Notes: generated by a model not told the origin, from the sequence alone. Numbered from the stretch's first letter, positions 9,802-19,080 are shown. The stretch is DNA of 32,000 bases from Copranaerobaculum intestinale (GCF_009831105.1 NZ_WUUQ01000002.1:660001-692000), one strand, 5' to 3'. Program-made: numbers and translations.

Positions 9802-10253
9802 ACCGTTTCCTCCCGATAATACACCTGCTTCAAGGAATCAAAATCATAATATACCGTTTGATGCTTCCCTGTCACGATATATACGGCATTCTTATAGCCA
9901 TATCCCAATGTCACCTTTGCCTCTTTCAGCTGATATGTATCTATGGCTTTTTGCATTGCTTCCTCACGTCGGTCTTTCTTGATACTGCGTTTCATCAGCA
10001 GCTTACCATCCTGATCAAACCAGTAATCGTAATTGCTGCTGTGACCACTGTAGGTCACATAATGAAAAGCATGGCGCTCTACCGCCTCAATGTTCTTATA
10101 GTCCTGCGCGATCTTAACTTTGACAGCGGCAATATCTTTTTCATATTTCTGATTCGGACCGGTGATAAATACTGATATTTCAACAATCAGCACTCCCGCC
10201 AAAATCAGCAGTAAAAGCAATGTTACAACTATATTTCGCATGCGGCTATGCAT
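9798..10253 (-). CDS. Membrane-anchored YpmB/TseB-like (PepSY-type) protein
   Basis: N-terminal TM IVVTLLLLLILAGVLIVEISVFI followed by a small extracytoplasmic alpha/beta domain. ypmB occupies the same region in B. subtilis. Start at the ATG 5 nt after GAGGTG (the GTG at 10259 lies inside the RBS). ATGA overlap with dnaD. Confidence 0.55.
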   Translation of the reverse strand: MHSRMRNIVVTLLLLLILAGVLIVEISVFITGPNQKYEKDIAAVKVKIAQDYKNIEAVERHAFHYVTYSGHSSNYDYWFDQDGKLLMKRSIKKDRREEAMQKAIDTYQLKEAKVTLGYGYKNAVYIVTGKHQTVYYDFDSLKQVYYREETV

Positions 10254-10333
10254 ATACACACCTCAATTTCCATTTTATTATACAACATTTCACTGCATAT
10301 GTATCATAAAATACTTACCTGTTTCTACCCCTA

Positions 10334-10357
10334 AGAAAAAAGTCCCTGACGGACTTA
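10334..10357 (-). terminator. Rho-independent terminator after mtnN
   Basis: Minus strand AAGTCC-GTCAG-GGACTT followed by TTTTTC; overlaps the mtnN stop. Confidence 0.7.
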
Positions 10358-11041
10358 TTCAAAATTCATTACCGCGCACTCTACAAAAGCGGCTGATCGT
10401 TTCGATGCGATATCGGCGTACTGAAGAAAATCCATATGAGAATTTTCATGGCAGGCAACGTCGGATAAAGAGCGAACCACTACAAACGGACAGTGATAAT
10501 GGTTTGCAACCTGGGCGATCGCTCCGGCTTCCATTTCACAGCACATCGCTTTGGGATAAAGTCTTTGTATCCGATCCATCTGCTCACCAGCTGTAATAAA
10601 GCGATCACCACTGGCGATCAGTCCGATGAACACCTCATGCGCTTCCTCCTGAATCGCTTTTTGAACCATCTCCACCAGCTTTGCATCAGCCTTAAAATAC
10701 ATGCCGATACCAGTTTCACCATCAAGTGCTGATGTATCGAAATCATGCTGAACTACCTGTTCACCGATTACAATATCCAGGATATGTTCTTCCGGCCGGA
10801 TTCCTCCGGCGGTTCCAATGTTGATGATTGAATCAATCGCAAAATGCTCCAGCAGTATGGTTGTGGACATCGCTGCGTAACCTTTTCCCACCCCGCTCAT
10901 CATCAATACAACATCACGGCCAGCTAAGCTACCAAGCGTAAATGAAATACCGCTGATGATCTGCCGCTCGGATTTTTGCATACGCATTTCCAATGCATCT
11001 CTTTCTAGTTCCATCGCCGCAATGATTCCAATCATACTCAT
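10355..11041 (-). CDS. mtnN: 5'-methylthioadenosine/S-adenosylhomocysteine nucleosidase
   Basis: MIGIIAAMELE, SGVGKGYAA, INIGTAGG and EMEAGAIAQV are typical of the PNP_UDP_1 MtnN family. ATGA overlap with the upstream methyltransferase. Confidence 0.92.
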   Translation of the reverse strand: MSMIGIIAAMELERDALEMRMQKSERQIISGISFTLGSLAGRDVVLMMSGVGKGYAAMSTTILLEHFAIDSIINIGTAGGIRPEEHILDIVIGEQVVQHDFDTSALDGETGIGMYFKADAKLVEMVQKAIQEEAHEVFIGLIASGDRFITAGEQMDRIQRLYPKAMCCEMEAGAIAQVANHYHCPFVVVRSLSDVACHENSHMDFLQYADIASKRSAAFVECAVMNFE

Positions 11042-11745
11042 TTCTCCTTTTTCGCAAGATAAAAATATTTCTCTCCCGGCTGAATCCCAGGCTTTTTAAA
11101 ATCGGTCATGACCTTCCAAGAAAAACCGCATTCCTCCAGCTGCTCCTTTAAAAAAGAAGGGGCAAAGACTCTCTGGATATGCTGTTCATGATGGGTAACC
11201 CCGTTTTCATCAAAAAACAGAAAGTTTTGATAGAGCCGATCCTCCTGTGCGAGAATACTCCACTCATACTGTACCTCATGCAGCGATCCCTCTTCCAGAT
11301 ATTCATCTTCAAATTCTTTCAGCCGATCCAATGAATGCGTATCAAAAATAAAACAGCCTCCTGGCTTCAATGCCTGGTAAGCATTATGAAAAAAAGCGTA
11401 TACCTGTTCATCTTCAAGCAGATAGTTGAAGCTGTCACACAGACAGATCACACCATCATACAATTCATTCACTTCAGCCGGAGCACACATATCCTGTATC
11501 TGCCAATGAACCAGTTCACTTCCCGGTTTGGCTCGTGCGCTTTGAAGCATCGCTTCACTAATATCCCCTGCTGTGACAGCATACCCATCCTTTGCCAGGG
11601 CGATTGCCATATCACCGCTGCCGCACGCATATTCCAGAATCGATCCAGCGTTAATCTGCTTTTTGATTTCATTCTTCCAGAACAGTGTAGTTTCTTCATC
11701 ACCGACCAGCTCGTCATAATAAACGGCCAGCGCCTGATACATCAT
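11038..11745 (-). CDS. Class I SAM-dependent methyltransferase (YqeM-like)
   Basis: SAM motif I ILEYACGSGDMA. Position after rsfS matches yqeM in B. subtilis. Confidence 0.85.
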   Translation of the reverse strand: MMYQALAVYYDELVGDEETTLFWKNEIKKQINAGSILEYACGSGDMAIALAKDGYAVTAGDISEAMLQSARAKPGSELVHWQIQDMCAPAEVNELYDGVICLCDSFNYLLEDEQVYAFFHNAYQALKPGGCFIFDTHSLDRLKEFEDEYLEEGSLHEVQYEWSILAQEDRLYQNFLFFDENGVTHHEQHIQRVFAPSFLKEQLEECGFSWKVMTDFKKPGIQPGEKYFYLAKKEK

Positions 11746-12077
11746 AGAGCTTCTAATCGCGGAACATCGGCATACAGCTTTTCTAAGCCATAATGCTCCC
11801 GTTCCTCTTCCAAAAATACATGGACCACGACATCATGCAGATCGACCAGCACCCAGCGGCTTTCTCTTGTTCCCTCAATGGCTCGAAGATCATAGCCCGC
11901 TTCCTTTGCGCTGTCTACGACATGATCGGCCAACGCCCATACCTGTCGCTGATTGGATGCGCTCGCAATCACGACATATTCCATGTATGGATTGATCTCA
12001 CGAAAATCGTATACCGTGATGCGGTTGGCCTTTTTCTCATCCAATGCATGTACTGCTTTTTTTAAAATTTCATTCAT
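11742..12077 (-). CDS. rsfS: Ribosome silencing factor RsfS
   Basis: RsfS/YqeL-like sequence (DYVVIASASNQRQVWALADHV, WVLVDLHDVVVHVF). Start at MNEILKK, 9 nt after AAAGGAGA. Confidence 0.92.
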   Translation of the reverse strand: MNEILKKAVHALDEKKANRITVYDFREINPYMEYVVIASASNQRQVWALADHVVDSAKEAGYDLRAIEGTRESRWVLVDLHDVVVHVFLEEEREHYGLEKLYADVPRLEAL

Positions 12078-13113
12078 GTACTGCAATCTCCTTTTTATGC
12101 TCTTGTTCGATATATGCCTGCTGCTGTCGCTTAACTTCCTGATAGCCCAGCCTCAGGTTATGTTTACACAATTCAATTTCCCGGCTGCTGTCATAGCCGC
12201 GGCCTCGTTCCAGCTTATCCGCCGCAAACAGAATCATTGCCAGCTTAGTGGAATCACTGCCCAGCACATGCCAGCGAATTGCATACGTTATTTCACGATC
12301 ATTTATTTGATAATAGCGTTTCACATAACGGGATGCAATAAAACCATGCCAGATTGCCGGAGCGCTGTTAAGCCACTGCGGTTCCATATGACGCATCCAT
12401 ATTCTGGCTTTTTCATAAGGCCATTCCTTACATACATCATGCAGAATACCAGCCAGATAAGCTTGTCTAGTATCCAAGCCATGAACCGCTGCCAGCTCCA
12501 CACACAGCTCGGCAACCCGTTTTGAATGGGAAAAGCGTTTCTCACTCATCGTATGCGAAACGATCTCATCCATATACAAGCCATGTTCACCGATATAGCG
12601 CCGTACCGAATACGGCAGAATCGACAGCTCATTGGATCGCGCCATCGTACTGCTGATGGGCATTGGCTTCATCGTCATCTGCTGAATGGGAAAATCATGC
12701 TTGGTAATATTAGTTTGATCCCCGCGGGGATATACGCATATTGAAACAAGCCGAGCAAGTGTTTCAATATCCTTCCATTGTGCCAGCTGAGCTTCCTGAT
12801 CACTTCCGATCAACCAGTAAAATGTATGCTGGGGATAACGCCGAATTAATTCCTGTACCGTATCAATCGTGTAGGAAGCACCGCCGCGCTCCAGCTCCAG
12901 CGTAGATAACCGCATATGACGGTAAGGAGCGATCGCCAAGCGGATCATCGCTGCCCGATGATGATTCTCGCTGAGAGAACGATTTTTCAAAGGCGTTTGT
13001 GCCGTAGGCATGAACCATACTTCATCCGCAAATTGCTTCCTTGCACATTTTGCGATTTGCAGATGGGCCTTATGAATCGGATCAAAGCTTCCTCCCAGTA
13101 TTGCGATCCGCAT
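12070..13113 (-). CDS. nadD: Single-ORF fusion: nicotinate-nucleotide adenylyltransferase (NadD) plus YqeK HD-domain phosphohydrolase
   Basis: N-terminal half: MRIAILGGSFDPIHKAHL (HxGH nucleotidyltransferase motif) through YIGEHGLY. This runs straight into MDEIVSHTMSEKRFSHSKRVAELCVELA...AGILHDVCKE (YqeK HD motif) with no stop codon. Confidence 0.9.
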   Translation of the reverse strand: MRIAILGGSFDPIHKAHLQIAKCARKQFADEVWFMPTAQTPLKNRSLSENHHRAAMIRLAIAPYRHMRLSTLELERGGASYTIDTVQELIRRYPQHTFYWLIGSDQEAQLAQWKDIETLARLVSICVYPRGDQTNITKHDFPIQQMTMKPMPISSTMARSNELSILPYSVRRYIGEHGLYMDEIVSHTMSEKRFSHSKRVAELCVELAAVHGLDTRQAYLAGILHDVCKEWPYEKARIWMRHMEPQWLNSAPAIWHGFIASRYVKRYYQINDREITYAIRWHVLGSDSTKLAMILFAADKLERGRGYDSSREIELCKHNLRLGYQEVKRQQQAYIEQEHKKEIAVHE

Positions 13114-13114
13114 A

Positions 13115-13399
13115 TCAAAGCCCCAGTTTGTTTTTATCAGAACGGCGATACAGCACCAGCGTACGGCCGATGATCTGGACAATGTCGCTGTGCGTTGCGC
13201 TAGCCAAATCCAAAGCTGCCTCCTGTACGGAAATCGGACACGTTTTCAAAAGTGAAAGCTTTACTAGCTCGTGCGCTTCCAGCGAATCATCGAGAGTTTT
13301 GATTAAGTTTTCACGAATTCCATCTTTACCTACCTGAAACAACGCCTTTAATCCATGCGCCATACTGCGCAGTGTTTTCTTTTCTTGTTTAGTTAACAT
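13115..13399 (-). CDS. yhbY: YhbY/YqeI CRM-domain RNA-binding protein
   Basis: LTKQEKKTLRSMAHGLKALFQVGKDGI is the CRS1/YhbY motif. Start at MLTKQ, overlapping the yqeH stop (TGATG). Confidence 0.9.
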   Translation of the reverse strand: MLTKQEKKTLRSMAHGLKALFQVGKDGIRENLIKTLDDSLEAHELVKLSLLKTCPISVQEAALDLASATHSDIVQIIGRTLVLYRRSDKNKLGL

Positions 13400-14478
13400 C
13401 ACATCATCGCCTTTCTGCATGTCACATGGACATCCTTATGTACGTAAACTCGCAATCCCTTTACTTGACCGCTGATGCAAAACCAGCCAAGACCATGGAT
13501 CACTATATCGATTTTATCTGAATGCTTGGGAAAATTGTAAGCCTTCATCTCCCGGAAGTTTTCATTTAAACTCGGTGAGAGAAGCTCATGTAAATGCTGT
13601 TCCCACAGCCCATCAGCTTTTTCCTGCTTGGATCGGTGCATCGGTAAACTATCCGCAAAATATCCGACACAGCTGACAGCCTCACAGCCGAACAGATCCA
13701 GCCGTGCCAATCCGCCCACTGACAGCGTTTGATCACCGCGCAGCTGATAGACACGGGCTTTTAAAGCCCGCTGTGGAATGACCGTTTTCAGCCATTCATC
13801 ATCAACATGGGTCAACAAGCTGTCATTTCGCGTTAATCCGGGAGTATCGTAAATACAGTAATCTCCCATTGACAACTCATTGAAATCCAGGGTCGTCCCC
13901 GGATGACGTGATGTCGTCAGATGCTGATTGGGAATAAGCGCATTCAGCAAAGTGCTTTTACCGGCATTTGCCATCCCCATGATAACCACATCACGACCGT
14001 TTCGATATCGCTCAATTGCTTCCTTAACCGCATCCAATGAACCATTATAATCAGCAAACGCATGCTTCACCAGATCACCGCAAATGACAATACCATCTAC
14101 CGTGAGATCATTTTCTTTTAATCGCTGAATCAAAAATCGGCTCAGCTTTTCATTTCCCAGCGTATCGGGAAGCAGATCCCGTTTGGTCGCAACCAGGATA
14201 ATATCTTTTCCGCGCAGCCTTCGATTCATACCGCTGATCAAATTTGCTTCCAAGTCAAACAAATCAACAACCCACACTACCAGCGCATCCAGCTGTTCGA
14301 TTTTTTCCAGTACCGCATCCGTATCAATGCCCTGTTTCATAGAAATCATGACATCATCATAATGAGTTATGCGAAAACATCGCTGACAGAAGTCCTTTTT
14401 CAAATCTGGTGTATAGCCGATCGCTCGCTTATCCGTATCCTGAAGCACTACTCCGCATCCTTTACAGCGTCTCATCAT
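13399..14478 (-). CDS. yqeH: Ribosome biogenesis GTPase YqeH (circularly permuted)
   Basis: N-terminal zinc knuckle CKGCG...CQRCF. Permuted GTPase motifs TKRD, GMANAGKSTLLN and DTPG. Start at ATGATG after GAGGTG. Confidence 0.93.
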   Translation of the reverse strand: MMRRCKGCGVVLQDTDKRAIGYTPDLKKDFCQRCFRITHYDDVMISMKQGIDTDAVLEKIEQLDALVVWVVDLFDLEANLISGMNRRLRGKDIILVATKRDLLPDTLGNEKLSRFLIQRLKENDLTVDGIVICGDLVKHAFADYNGSLDAVKEAIERYRNGRDVVIMGMANAGKSTLLNALIPNQHLTTSRHPGTTLDFNELSMGDYCIYDTPGLTRNDSLLTHVDDEWLKTVIPQRALKARVYQLRGDQTLSVGGLARLDLFGCEAVSCVGYFADSLPMHRSKQEKADGLWEQHLHELLSPSLNENFREMKAYNFPKHSDKIDIVIHGLGWFCISGQVKGLRVYVHKDVHVTCRKAMM

Positions 14479-14995
14479 CAAATTCACCTCGTATTAACAA
14501 TTCCTTATGTTCTAACAGCCGATAGATCAAGTTTTCAAACAGCCGGTTGATCTTCGTCCATTTCAGATCACGGGTCACCACCGGCTTACTGAGAATCGTA
14601 TAAAAATGTGCCAGATTACCACCCAGCATATCTGTCAGCAACTGATCACCTAGAACCGCGACCTCATCCCTTGATAATTTAAAATCCTTTAGAATCTGGT
14701 GATACTGCTTCTGAAACGGCTTTTTGGCAAAGGGATAATAAGGGATTCCCAAGGGTTTCGCAAATACCTTTACCCGTTCTTCTACATTGTTGGATACCAG
14801 AGCCATCAAAATACCATGCTCCTTCATTTTTTCAACAAAAGCAAAAACAGCCTCATCCGGATCGGCAACATCATGAGGCACCAGGGTATTATCTATATCA
14901 CAGACCAGCAGCTTAATATGGTGCTGCTTTAAATAGTCTGGGTTCAGCAGTTGATAACTGCTGATATATAACTTCGGATAAAACCATTTCAACAA
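14462..14995 (-). CDS. yqeG: YqeG-family HAD-IIIA phosphatase
   Basis: HAD motif I LLVCDIDNTLV and GDQLLTDM. Start assigned to TTG at 14995, 9 nt after GGGAGGA. The GTG-initiated extension to 15076 has no RBS and no family counterpart. Confidence 0.85.
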   Translation of the reverse strand: MLKWFYPKLYISSYQLLNPDYLKQHHIKLLVCDIDNTLVPHDVADPDEAVFAFVEKMKEHGILMALVSNNVEERVKVFAKPLGIPYYPFAKKPFQKQYHQILKDFKLSRDEVAVLGDQLLTDMLGGNLAHFYTILSKPVVTRDLKWTKINRLFENLIYRLLEHKELLIRGEFDDETL

Positions 14996-15091
14996 TCTTG
15001 TATTCCTCCCATTTCTATTGCCTATTTTACCATATTTAAGGGGATAAATACCAGTAACTGTATTGACAGCTTTCACATTTCTTTTATGGAA

Positions 15092-15127
15092 TTAAAAACA
15101 GCCTTACCTCTACAGTATGGCTGTTTG
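15092..15127 (-). terminator. Rho-independent terminator of the amidohydrolase gene
   Basis: Minus strand AAACAGCC-loop-GGCTGTTT followed by TTAATTCC. Confidence 0.65.
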
Positions 15128-15147
15128 AAAATGATTGAAAATCCAGC

Positions 15148-16428
15148 TTATAGAAATTTATCGAGCTCTCGCTCAATTTCCGGAACTTTTTTTATCCGAG
15201 GATGGTCTATGATCCTACCGCCTGCCACAACCATATCGATTGTTCGTAATGCCTTCAGATCTTCCAGTGGATTTTCCGCGGTCACGATCAAGTCAGCACA
15301 TTTGCCAATCTCAATCGAACCGGTAATAGCAGCAATCCCGGCAATTTGGGCATTGATCAGCGTTGCCGTATGCAAAGCAAACGCATTGGAAACATGACAG
15401 AACTTATGATAGTAAACAAGCTCTCTCCACATATCATAATGAGTTACATACGGACATCCGGTATCCGTACCCAAGCCAACCGGTATATTATTTTTCAGAC
15501 AAGCCTTCGCACATTCGATGATGCCCTCAAAAACGATATTGCCATTATACTGTTCCAGCTTTGACGCATGTGAGATTGAACGATCAAACAGCGCATATGG
15601 AAGGGCGGGAGACAGTGTCGCTACTTGACATGCATGACGTTCTTGAAACAGTTTCAGGATCGTTTCATCCGGCTTTGCCCCGTGTTCGATCGTATCTACG
15701 CCATTTTCCAAAGCAACGCGTACCCCTTCCGGACTTTCGACATGTGCCGCCACCTGTAACCCCAGCCGATGTGCTTCCTCACAGGCTGCCTTCACATATG
15801 CCGGCGGCATTTTCAATACTCCCGGTTCCCCCTTCGCTTTCGCATCCAGTACCCCTCCGGTGATCATCAGCTTTATCAAATCCGGGCGGTCATTAGCAAT
15901 CTTGTTTACATATGCACGCGCTTCCTTCGGACTGTTCGCAACATAAGCCAGCGATCCAGCCATATGACCATCCGGTACTGAAATCGCATAGTTACTGGCG
16001 AGGATGCGCGGCCCAATCATCCGTCCCGATGCGATCTTATCACGGATTTTTGTATCATAATCCTTAGCCCCGCCGACCGTACGAATCGTCGTTACTCCAC
16101 TCATTAATTCCATTTTCGCATACTTTTCGCAAATCTTTTTGATTGCGATCAATACAATCGGATTTTTCGCAAGTTTTTTAATGCGTTCACCATTATCCTG
16201 CCCCTCTTTCAATGGCTTTCCGCTGCCCGGCAGATGCACATGTAAATTAATCAGTCCCGGCATGAGGTATTTTCCCTTTAGATCGACAAATTCATACCCG
16301 CTGATGTCTGTCCCCTTATCAACGATATCAACGATTTTTTCATGTTCAATCAATACGATCATATCTTTTTTGGGTTCCATGTTTAGCGTGCCGTCAAGTA
16401 TGATCCCATTCCCATAAGCATATTTCAT
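15148..16428 (-). CDS. Metal-dependent amidohydrolase-superfamily hydrolase (substrate unknown)
   Basis: PGLINLHVHLPG (HxH metal ligands), a later AAHVES / IEHG, and a TIM-barrel-sized protein of 426 aa. Confidence 0.8.
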   Translation of the reverse strand: MKYAYGNGIILDGTLNMEPKKDMIVLIEHEKIVDIVDKGTDISGYEFVDLKGKYLMPGLINLHVHLPGSGKPLKEGQDNGERIKKLAKNPIVLIAIKKICEKYAKMELMSGVTTIRTVGGAKDYDTKIRDKIASGRMIGPRILASNYAISVPDGHMAGSLAYVANSPKEARAYVNKIANDRPDLIKLMITGGVLDAKAKGEPGVLKMPPAYVKAACEEAHRLGLQVAAHVESPEGVRVALENGVDTIEHGAKPDETILKLFQERHACQVATLSPALPYALFDRSISHASKLEQYNGNIVFEGIIECAKACLKNNIPVGLGTDTGCPYVTHYDMWRELVYYHKFCHVSNAFALHTATLINAQIAGIAAITGSIEIGKCADLIVTAENPLEDLKALRTIDMVVAGGRIIDHPRIKKVPEIERELDKFL

Positions 16429-16457
16429 TCTGATATCCTCCTAGCTTCATTATCCAT

Positions 16458-16486
16458 ATTGTAATCCCAATTCGAAAGGGTTTCAA
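16458..16486 (-). promoter_or_regulatory. Putative sigma-A promoter of the amidohydrolase gene
   Basis: Minus strand TTGAAA, 17 nt, TACAAT, about 30 nt upstream of the AGGAGG-ATG. Confidence 0.55.
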
Positions 16487-16567
16487 TATAACAGAACAAA
16501 GGAATTCAAATCTGAATAATCAACTATACTTTTTTGTGATAAACTATTATTTGAAAAGGAGAAGCTT

Positions 16568-17611
16568 ATGATACCTATTAATCGTGAATATTTATTAGAC
16601 ATAATGAAGCAGCTAATCGATACGCCTAGTCCGGTCAGCTACAGCGAACAAATCATGCCGTTAATGGAGGCTCTGGCAAAGAATCTTGGCTATGAGCTAA
16701 CCTATGACCGCAAGCACACGGCCTATATCACCCTGGATGGTGAGGATAATTCGCATACGATATGCGTTGGTGCTCACCTCGATACATTAGGACTGATCGT
16801 TCGTCATATCAACGCTGATGGAACCATTGCCACCCGCAATTTAGGCGGTATCAATTATGCCAATCTGGAGGGTGAAAGTGTTACAGTCATCACCAGAGAG
16901 AACCAAACCTTCACCGGTTTGCTCGCCTGCACCTCCCATTCTACCCATGTGTTTGACGATGCCCGCACGCTGATTCGAGATGAAAACACTGTGATCATCA
17001 CTTTGGACGAACCAATCACTTGTGCGCAGGATGTGCGCAGACTTGGTATTGAACACGGTGATATCATCTGGCTGGAGCCGCATTTTCAGGTTACGAAAAG
17101 CGGTTATGTAAAATCTCGATTCATTGATGATAAAGCAGCGGTTGCGGCTGTCTTTGCCGGACTGGACTATTTGAAGCAAAATCAGTTAAAACCACATTAC
17201 CGCACAATACTCGCATTTCCGATGTTTGAGGAAATCGGACACGGTGGCGCCGTTGTGCCTGATGAGGCAGAATCCTACGTAGCCCTTGACATCGGTCTGA
17301 TCGGGCCTGATTATAACAGTGATGAATTCACCATTTCCATCTGCGCAAAAGATAATTATACCCCCTATGATCGTGCCCTCACCACACATCTGATCAAGCT
17401 CGCAAAGGCTGAGAAGATTCGTTATTGTGTAGATATTTTCTATCGTTACGGCACTGATGCCAGCGCTGCTCTGCGCTCCGGCAATAACCTCTATGCGGCA
17501 GCCTTCGGCATGGCTTGCTATGGAAGTCATGGAATGGAGCGCTGTCATGTTAGTGCGATTGAGAATACCGCCCGTTTATTTATATCCTATCTGCTTGATC
17601 CAATTTTCTAG
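16568..17611 (+). CDS. M42-family metalloaminopeptidase (PepA/YsdC/FrvX-like)
   Basis: Metal-ligand pattern GAHLDTLG, DDKAAV, FEEIGHGGA, LDIG and YGSHGMERCH. 347 aa. AAAGGAGAAG RBS. Confidence 0.85.
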   Translation: MIPINREYLLDIMKQLIDTPSPVSYSEQIMPLMEALAKNLGYELTYDRKHTAYITLDGEDNSHTICVGAHLDTLGLIVRHINADGTIATRNLGGINYANLEGESVTVITRENQTFTGLLACTSHSTHVFDDARTLIRDENTVIITLDEPITCAQDVRRLGIEHGDIIWLEPHFQVTKSGYVKSRFIDDKAAVAAVFAGLDYLKQNQLKPHYRTILAFPMFEEIGHGGAVVPDEAESYVALDIGLIGPDYNSDEFTISICAKDNYTPYDRALTTHLIKLAKAEKIRYCVDIFYRYGTDASAALRSGNNLYAAAFGMACYGSHGMERCHVSAIENTARLFISYLLDPIF

Positions 17612-17635
17612 GAGCGCTAAATGCTCCTTTTTTTA
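17611..17635 (+). terminator. Rho-independent terminator of the M42 peptidase gene
   Basis: GGAGC-GCTAAAT-GCTCC followed by TTTTTTTAT. Confidence 0.8.
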
Positions 17636-17681
17636 TTGACATGATTTTTAGAATATTTACATATACATAGGTTAGGTGATC

Positions 17682-18386
17682 ATGATGTTTACTACAATCT
17701 TTGAAGTTTTGGCCAATGCCCTGTGCTTTGTCGGATATATTCGCAGCAATTCTTTCCAGCAGCCGCTCAGCAAGGAAGATGAGGCAAAGTATCTTGCCTT
17801 GCTTCCCGAGCATGATGAAGAAGCGCGTAATATGCTGATTGAACACAACCTGCGGCTGGTTGCACACATTGTAAAAAAATACGATATTAAACGCGAGCAG
17901 ACAGAAGATCTAATCAGCATTGGAACGATCGGTTTGATCAAAGCTATCGATTCCTTTAAGCCTGAAAAAGGCCATAAATTAACTACCTATGCATCACGCT
18001 GCATTGAAAATGAAATATTGATGTACCTTCGCTCCTCCAAAAATTATTTTCAGAATGTATCTTTAAATGAACCGATTGCGACGGATAAGGACGGCAGTGA
18101 AATCACCCTGATCGATGCAATCAGCGCTCCGGAGGATAAATCGGTCATTGAAAACATGATTCTTGAGGATAATATCAAAAAGCTGAAAACCTATATCTAC
18201 GTATTGGATTCACGAGAACTGGAAATCATTACGAAACGCTTCGGACTATTCAATCAGCGGGAACAAACACAGCGAGAAATTGCCAAGGAGCTGCATATTT
18301 CCCGTTCCTATGTATCCAGGATTGAAAAACGCGCTTTTATGAAAATTTACCGCGAATTCAAAAAAGCTGAAAAAAAAGATGCCTAA
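17682..18386 (+). CDS. sigK: Sporulation sigma factor pro-sigma-K, uninterrupted
   Basis: Near-identical blocks to B. subtilis SigK: FQQPLSKEDEAKYL, ARNMLIEHNLRLVAHIVKKY, EDLISIGTIGLIKAI, YASRCIENEILMYLR, QREIAKELHISRSYVSRIEKRAFMKIYREF. Hydrophobic pro-sequence of about 20 aa, MMFTTIFEVLANALCFVGY. The start could be 17682 or 17685. Confidence 0.9.
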   Translation: MMFTTIFEVLANALCFVGYIRSNSFQQPLSKEDEAKYLALLPEHDEEARNMLIEHNLRLVAHIVKKYDIKREQTEDLISIGTIGLIKAIDSFKPEKGHKLTTYASRCIENEILMYLRSSKNYFQNVSLNEPIATDKDGSEITLIDAISAPEDKSVIENMILEDNIKKLKTYIYVLDSRELEIITKRFGLFNQREQTQREIAKELHISRSYVSRIEKRAFMKIYREFKKAEKKDA

Positions 18387-18397
18387 GCATCTTTTTT
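18371..18397. terminator. Bidirectional terminator shared by convergent sigK and purC
   Basis: AAAAAAAGATGC-CTAA-GCATCTTTTTT, with A/T runs on both sides; overlaps both stop codons. Confidence 0.75.
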
Positions 18398-19080
18398 CAT
18401 GACCCAAGGATCATCGCAGTCAGATCCATCGGTTCAACATACTTTCCGTCCTTATAGACACGCATATTTCCGGAAGCAATCTCATCAATTAAAATAACAT
18501 TCTCTCCATTATATCCGTATTCAAATTTAATATCATACAGATCTAGGCCTTTTTCTTTTAAATCATCAGCGACAATTTTAGTAATAGCCAAAGTCATGGC
18601 CTTCACTTTTTCATACTGCTCCTCATTCATGACCTGAAGAATGGCTAGTGCATCCTTGGATACGATCGGATCACCCAGATCATCATTCTTGAAGGTCATT
18701 TCCACAAAGCCGCCGGGCAGCTCAGCACCTTCCTTAATATATTCCCCATAACGACGGAAAAAGCTTCCGACAGCACGATAACGGCAGATTACTTCTAAGC
18801 CATGACCAAACGGTGTTGCTTTCAGCACTTCCATGGTTGCGTCATCAACATCAGCACTTACATAATGAGTCTTAATGCCGGCCGCATTGATTTTCTCAAA
18901 AAAATGAATACTTGTTTTGAGGTTTTCTTTACCGATACCTTCAATGCTTAAACCGACTGTATTGGCACCCGGATCAAATTTACCGTTTTCTCCGGTAACA
19001 TCATCCTTGAACTTCAGCAGGCAATTGCCGTTTGGCAAAGCGTAGACCGTTTTCGTTTTACCTTCGTATACTTTTTCCAT
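18397..19080 (-). CDS. purC: Phosphoribosylaminoimidazole-succinocarboxamide (SAICAR) synthase
   Basis: [13 protein letters not shown]..., the short PurC type. Start at MEKVYEG after GGAGGA. Confidence 0.9.
   Translation of the reverse strand: MEKVYEGKTKTVYALPNGNCLLKFKDDVTGENGKFDPGANTVGLSIEGIGKENLKTSIHFFEKINAAGIKTHYVSADVDDATMEVLKATPFGHGLEVICRYRAVGSFFRRYGEYIKEGAELPGGFVEMTFKNDDLGDPIVSKDALAILQVMNEEQYEKVKAMTLAITKIVADDLKEKGLDLYDIKFEYGYNGENVILIDEIASGNMRVYKDGKYVEPMDLTAMILGS

Noticed and set aside
14996-15076. GTG-initiated 27-codon N-terminal extension of yqeG (MKAVNTVTGIYPLKYGKIGNRNGRNTR).
   Set aside because: A strong GGGAGGA RBS sits 9 nt before the TTG at 14995. YqeG proteins begin close to the (M)LKxFxP motif, and the extension covers that RBS.
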